A stretch of DNA of 64,000 nucleotides from a virus (Duplodnaviria; Heunggongvirae; Uroviricota; Caudoviricetes): IMG/VR virus record IMGVR_UViG_3300020045_008999, positions 224,001 to 288,000 of that record; one strand, 5' to 3'. The position numbers were made by a program, and so were the translations under genes. Numbering within the stretch: the stretch's first letter is position 1; every line of letters starts with the position of its first letter. Positions 60,029-64,000 of this stretch are shown here, in pieces. The notes beneath the pieces were generated by a model, which saw only the letters and a list, made by a program, of their open reading frames with translations, was not told where the DNA came from and made no database searches.

Positions 60029-60673
60029 TTATTTAGATAAAAGATGTATTAGATCTTCGGTCAATTTAGAAATCATTTTTTTACCACCTATATTGATTGA
60101 TGGAATATTTTTTACCATAGAATAGTTTTTATCACCATCCACTGCAATACTGTTTATTTGATTTATAATTTCATCATCGCTGCCATATTTAGTAATATAG
60201 TAAGACTTCAGCTCAGTGATAAAGTGTGATAGATTAACCCCTTTTTTATAGTTGTATTTGAGCATTTGTAGCTCATTATCCTGTTTTTCGATCATTATGT
60301 ACCACACCGAGCTTTTAGGCACCTTAACGCTCTCTAAATAGTTGAGACTGGCAGCCGCTTTTGTTCCCTTTGGCAATTGGACAACCTTGCCATAGTAACG
60401 CGGACCAAGGTCTTCTTGTATTTTTTTGGTTTTGTCATCCGACTCATTTTCCACAGTGGGCTTAATTGGCAATATACTCTTAGTATCTGCATCCACCATA
60501 GAAACTGAACTTGTTTGTGGCAAATTTGGATTACATGGCAATTCCTCTCCGGTAAGCGGTTCCAATCCAATTTCAATAGCTTCTCCTTGTTTTACTTTAG
60601 TTTTAGCTATATCGGAGAATTTCTTAAATGATTTAATTTTACTATCATTAGTTTCACCGGACTTTCTTATCAT
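60029..60673 (-). CDS. putative virion protein (late)
   Basis: KIKSFKKFSD near N-terminus; TTAATATATA at 60697-60706. Confidence 0.55.
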   Translation of the reverse strand: MIRKSGETNDSKIKSFKKFSDIAKTKVKQGEAIEIGLEPLTGEELPCNPNLPQTSSVSMVDADTKSILPIKPTVENESDDKTKKIQEDLGPRYYGKVVQLPKGTKAAASLNYLESVKVPKSSVWYIMIEKQDNELQMLKYNYKKGVNLSHFITELKSYYITKYGSDDEIINQINSIAVDGDKNYSMVKNIPSINIGGKKMISKLTEDLIHLLSK

Positions 60674-60722
60674 GTTAAATTGTTATTTTATAATAGTATA
60701 TATTAAATTTTAATATTTGTTT

Positions 60723-60977
60723 TTAATTACTATGTTTATAATAGTATTTATCTACCATATAATTTCTATAATTTTTGATAATATTGAATTTATCAAAGAA
60801 AATAGAAACCAAGGGCTGCATTTTATCTAAAAACATTGCCATTATTTTATTATTATACAAATAAGGGGATAAGGTCTTATTTAAAATATTTTTCTCATAA
60901 TCGACATAATTAGTTTGATTATCATTCCGGTGTTTAAGTTTGTGAAGTTCTGGAATATCTTTGCTTTCGTATAACAT
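60723..60977 (-). CDS. small putative baseplate-associated protein
   Basis: translationally coupled downstream of gp6-like gene. Confidence 0.45.
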   Translation of the reverse strand: MLYESKDIPELHKLKHRNDNQTNYVDYEKNILNKTLSPYLYNNKIMAMFLDKMQPLVSIFFDKFNIIKNYRNYMVDKYYYKHSN

Positions 60978-62692
60978 TAAATTTTAGTTTTATTTTTAAT
61001 AGACACAACCCCTTTTTTGATGATGTTCACCGAGCGCAATCCAGACCCTTCGATGCCGGCTGAATAGTAAATTGAATTACGATCATACCAACCGCCTCGA
61101 ATAATTGGTAGTTCTTGTGCATCAAATATAATATCACCCAAAATTGGATCAATGCCGATGCTCTTAGATTTATCATGAGTTGATGCAATTACTTCGTACT
61201 TTATTGTATCGGAATTAGCATATTCATTTTTCTTATTAATATCATTTAAAATTGCGGTTCTATGATAATCTTCGTTATTTCTGGATACAAATGATATGTC
61301 AACGGAATGTACATCACTGAGTCCGACTATTTTTGCGATTAAATCTGCCTTAGGAATACGATCCATTGTGGTTAAATTTAAAAAATATTCAGAGATTATG
61401 TCGTATATTTGTGTATTCACATCCGCATCTATTGCATTGTCATAGGTTACTATAAACACATTCATTATATAATATGATAACTTCGGTGAATCTATGCGAA
61501 ATCTTTTAGAGAGCACTATATTACCACCAGCCTTTATATATTTGATGAGTTTGGTTTTTTCATAATTATCTAACTCAAATGCACTGGTACTAATGTCAAA
61601 GTAACTAGTATTTTTATTCTTAAAGAGTTTAATATTGGGTGTAGCAACGATATAGATACCACCATCTGACTCATATGCATTTACATGTGAAAATACACCT
61701 AATTTCTTAATGTGATATGCAAATTGTTTTGGCATACCAATTACGAAATTATTACTCACTATCGGAAGTACATTTCTGGTAAATTCGATTGGTTCCTTAT
61801 CCGCCCCAAAATTGATATCAGTATAAATTTGTGTATCAAATACACGAGTTGGATCAATAGAATTACCAAACCCATCAATTGCATAGGTGATGAAATTCCA
61901 ATCGTTAGTAGTTCTTCTGAAAATAGATCCAGATCCACCATTTGATAATAAATAAGTAATACTTATGTTTGCACCAATTGCTGGACATTGTCCATACCCA
62001 CCATTGCCAAATATTATATCAATTCCACCATTAAAGCCTGTTCGTACAATGCATGCTTTTTCATCAGGTAACATAGAATATAAATCGGTTTTGGTTTCCC
62101 AAAATTCACCATCAACCGTAACCTCATAATTGAAATTTTCTATGTCTACATTTTCCCGAATATTGACCTGTAGGGTTTGGTTAATTTGACCAGTTCCGGT
62201 GAATGTTGTAGTAGCCCATTTCCCCTGAATGATAGGGATAAAAATCACACTATTATTAGATACGTTGTATGTTATTTTATCGGATCCAATATTTATGGAA
62301 TATTCCAAACCGTTAGTTTTGTTTCGAAGTGGTGTTCTATTATAAATAGTCATGCGACTACCTGGAACTTCATCTTCCACATCTCCACCCGCTTTAAATG
62401 TGAATTTCAAAGTACCGGTGGCCGATATTGCCCGGCTTGGTATATGGCCCGCAAATATTGCTCCATTTCTAATGATATTTTCATTTCTACCATTGTTCTG
62501 ACTCAAATCGAGATATTTCAGGGACTGCTTTAAGTATGCCAATGATAATTGGTGTAAGTTTTCAACAACATATAAAATTTGACCATATGGTGAAGCATTG
62601 GAAAATACCATGTCTACTTTGTTGTATTGAGTCTTTAGGTATTGTTCAATATCAGCTTTAATTTGTGTGAATGTTAGTTCAGTTAATTTCAT
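60977..62692 (-). CDS. baseplate wedge subunit (T4 gp6-like)
   Basis: L.F.QIK.DI..YL N-terminus; IIFGNG.YG..P..GA.I.ITY....G; GAD.E. Confidence 0.75.
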   Translation of the reverse strand: MKLTELTFTQIKADIEQYLKTQYNKVDMVFSNASPYGQILYVVENLHQLSLAYLKQSLKYLDLSQNNGRNENIIRNGAIFAGHIPSRAISATGTLKFTFKAGGDVEDEVPGSRMTIYNRTPLRNKTNGLEYSINIGSDKITYNVSNNSVIFIPIIQGKWATTTFTGTGQINQTLQVNIRENVDIENFNYEVTVDGEFWETKTDLYSMLPDEKACIVRTGFNGGIDIIFGNGGYGQCPAIGANISITYLLSNGGSGSIFRRTTNDWNFITYAIDGFGNSIDPTRVFDTQIYTDINFGADKEPIEFTRNVLPIVSNNFVIGMPKQFAYHIKKLGVFSHVNAYESDGGIYIVATPNIKLFKNKNTSYFDISTSAFELDNYEKTKLIKYIKAGGNIVLSKRFRIDSPKLSYYIMNVFIVTYDNAIDADVNTQIYDIISEYFLNLTTMDRIPKADLIAKIVGLSDVHSVDISFVSRNNEDYHRTAILNDINKKNEYANSDTIKYEVIASTHDKSKSIGIDPILGDIIFDAQELPIIRGGWYDRNSIYYSAGIEGSGLRSVNIIKKGVVSIKNKTKI

Positions 62693-62895
62693 TGGGGTGT
62701 ATCGCAATTTTCTTATATATTAATTTACGATCTGTTCTTAGTGAATAATATAAATGTTGCGATGGGACTTATCTCGGTTTATTATCTACTTTATATTTAT
62801 TTGGTACAATAGTTTATTATCATCCCTATATATGTTCAATGGCCGCCGATCTGGTTTGAGTTTTTAATATATAGTATAGAAAAATAAAAGATTAG

Positions 62896-63612
62896 ATGAC
62901 TATAGCAGAATTACTGCCTTTATTTGAAAAATATGGAATTGGTGGGGTATTAATATTTGGGGTAATATACGTATTATTTACTATATTTAAAAATAAACTA
63001 ACACTTGATGGAATAAGTACATTTATTACAACAAAGATATTTAAAAGCTCTAAATCAAATAGCAGCGGTAGACATATATCAGAATCTGATATATTAAATC
63101 ATGATTTGTTTAGTTTCATTGACCTTTGGATGTATAGTAAAATTCCAACAATAACATTTCACACTGAATTTAGAACAGTGGTATTTCGTAAATACCTAGT
63201 GTTATACTTGGCCAAACATAAGACTGAAATATTTAAATATGTTCAATCAACTGATTACAAAGAAATGGATGATTCCCAATTGTGGCAAAGTATCCTTAAG
63301 TTAATCAATGATGTGATATTCGAATATGAAAAGGACATGATATTGGCCGGAATACCTAGTGTCGTTATTGAAAAAATGAAAGGTAGAAACAACGAATCAG
63401 TATCACTTATGATTGATTTGATAGAGGGAATATGTACTTCTAGCTTCTATGATTCGAGTGATAATTTATTAAAAGTGTACAGCATATTAAATATAATTTT
63501 ATCTATATTACAAAGCACTATATATGGATCTGAAAAAACATGCACATCAATTAATGGACAGCTAAAAGGGCAAACTTTTGTAAAAGATGGCATTACTTAT
63601 AAAGAACCATAA
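62896..63612 (+). CDS. late membrane-anchored protein (possible holin)
   Basis: single N-terminal TM; TTAATATATA at 62864-62873. Confidence 0.4.
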   Translation: MTIAELLPLFEKYGIGGVLIFGVIYVLFTIFKNKLTLDGISTFITTKIFKSSKSNSSGRHISESDILNHDLFSFIDLWMYSKIPTITFHTEFRTVVFRKYLVLYLAKHKTEIFKYVQSTDYKEMDDSQLWQSILKLINDVIFEYEKDMILAGIPSVVIEKMKGRNNESVSLMIDLIEGICTSSFYDSSDNLLKVYSILNIILSILQSTIYGSEKTCTSINGQLKGQTFVKDGITYKEP

Positions 63613-64000
63613 ATTTCAGAGACATTAAACATTGGGTCGGTTATTTCGATATCATAGTCTGTAAAGTCTTTGAAATCAAAAGCATCCGACTCAATTCGTC
63701 GGTCTATTGAATCATTATTATCATTTCTTTTTTCTAGTCTTTTGCGGCGAATAGACTCATCAATATTAACATATATAACGGTGCATGCATTTCTCTCTTC
63801 GGTGGTAAGAGAATTGATTTCCATTGGTGTCATTATACATACTTGACACTTTTCAAATTCTTGTTTATGTATACCATAATACCATAGTTTTTCCATACCA
63901 TCAAATAAAAATTCAAACTTTTGATATACTACCATATTGTCCAAATCGGACACAAATGATTCATTGTCCATGTAATTATAAGTTACCCCGCGAATTTCAC
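63597..64000 (-). CDS. guanylate kinase-like protein (5' end beyond window)
   Basis: open frame continues to window edge (EIRGVTYNY); W.YG; IMTP; R..RL..R.D..D.I.RR...D. Confidence 0.7.
   Translation of the reverse strand, partial: EIRGVTYNYMDNESFVSDLDNMVVYQKFEFLFDGMEKLWYYGIHKQEFEKCQVCIMTPMEINSLTTEERNACTVIYVNIDESIRRKRLEKRNDNNDSIDRRIESDAFDFKDFTDYDIEITDPMFNVSEIYGSL

Noticed and set aside
62724-62860. Possible ncRNA between divergent late promoters
   Set aside because: No convincing stem structure or recognisable family from sequence alone

Overview
AT-rich, gene-dense 64 kb segment of a large T4-like (jumbo) phage genome using the standard genetic code. Evidence: T4-type RNase H, Rnl1 RNA ligase, two-subunit topoisomerase II and a gp6-like baseplate wedge protein. 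The host is very likely Bacteroidota: TAnnTTTG -7 promoter elements precede many operons, there are no Shine-Dalgarno sequences, and lipoproteins are encoded. The window carries many host-like genes (DnaK, NusG, short ArgRS, CCA-adding enzyme, rhomboid, MoxR/VWA, glycosyltransferases). It also has a minus-strand cluster joining RNA/tRNA repair genes (CCA, 2H phosphoesterase, Rnl1; Tpt1 and two RlaP-like NTases elsewhere) with NAD+ salvage genes (PRPS, NAMPT, NMNAT-Nudix). Most notable patterns read directly from the sequence: (1) a tandem array of 11 acidic paralogs with a T4-like capsid-targeting N-terminus (MIKKFKLFLES), a conserved scaffold and hypervariable loops; (2) the same N-terminal tag on unrelated late genes; (3) a C-terminal R-x3-[IL]-x2-[IL][IL] tag on 10 unrelated, mostly non-late proteins; (4) three distinct promoter classes; (5) two attC-like integron-style cassettes whose hairpin supplies the start codon. 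All functional calls come from motif recognition by eye; no searches were run.
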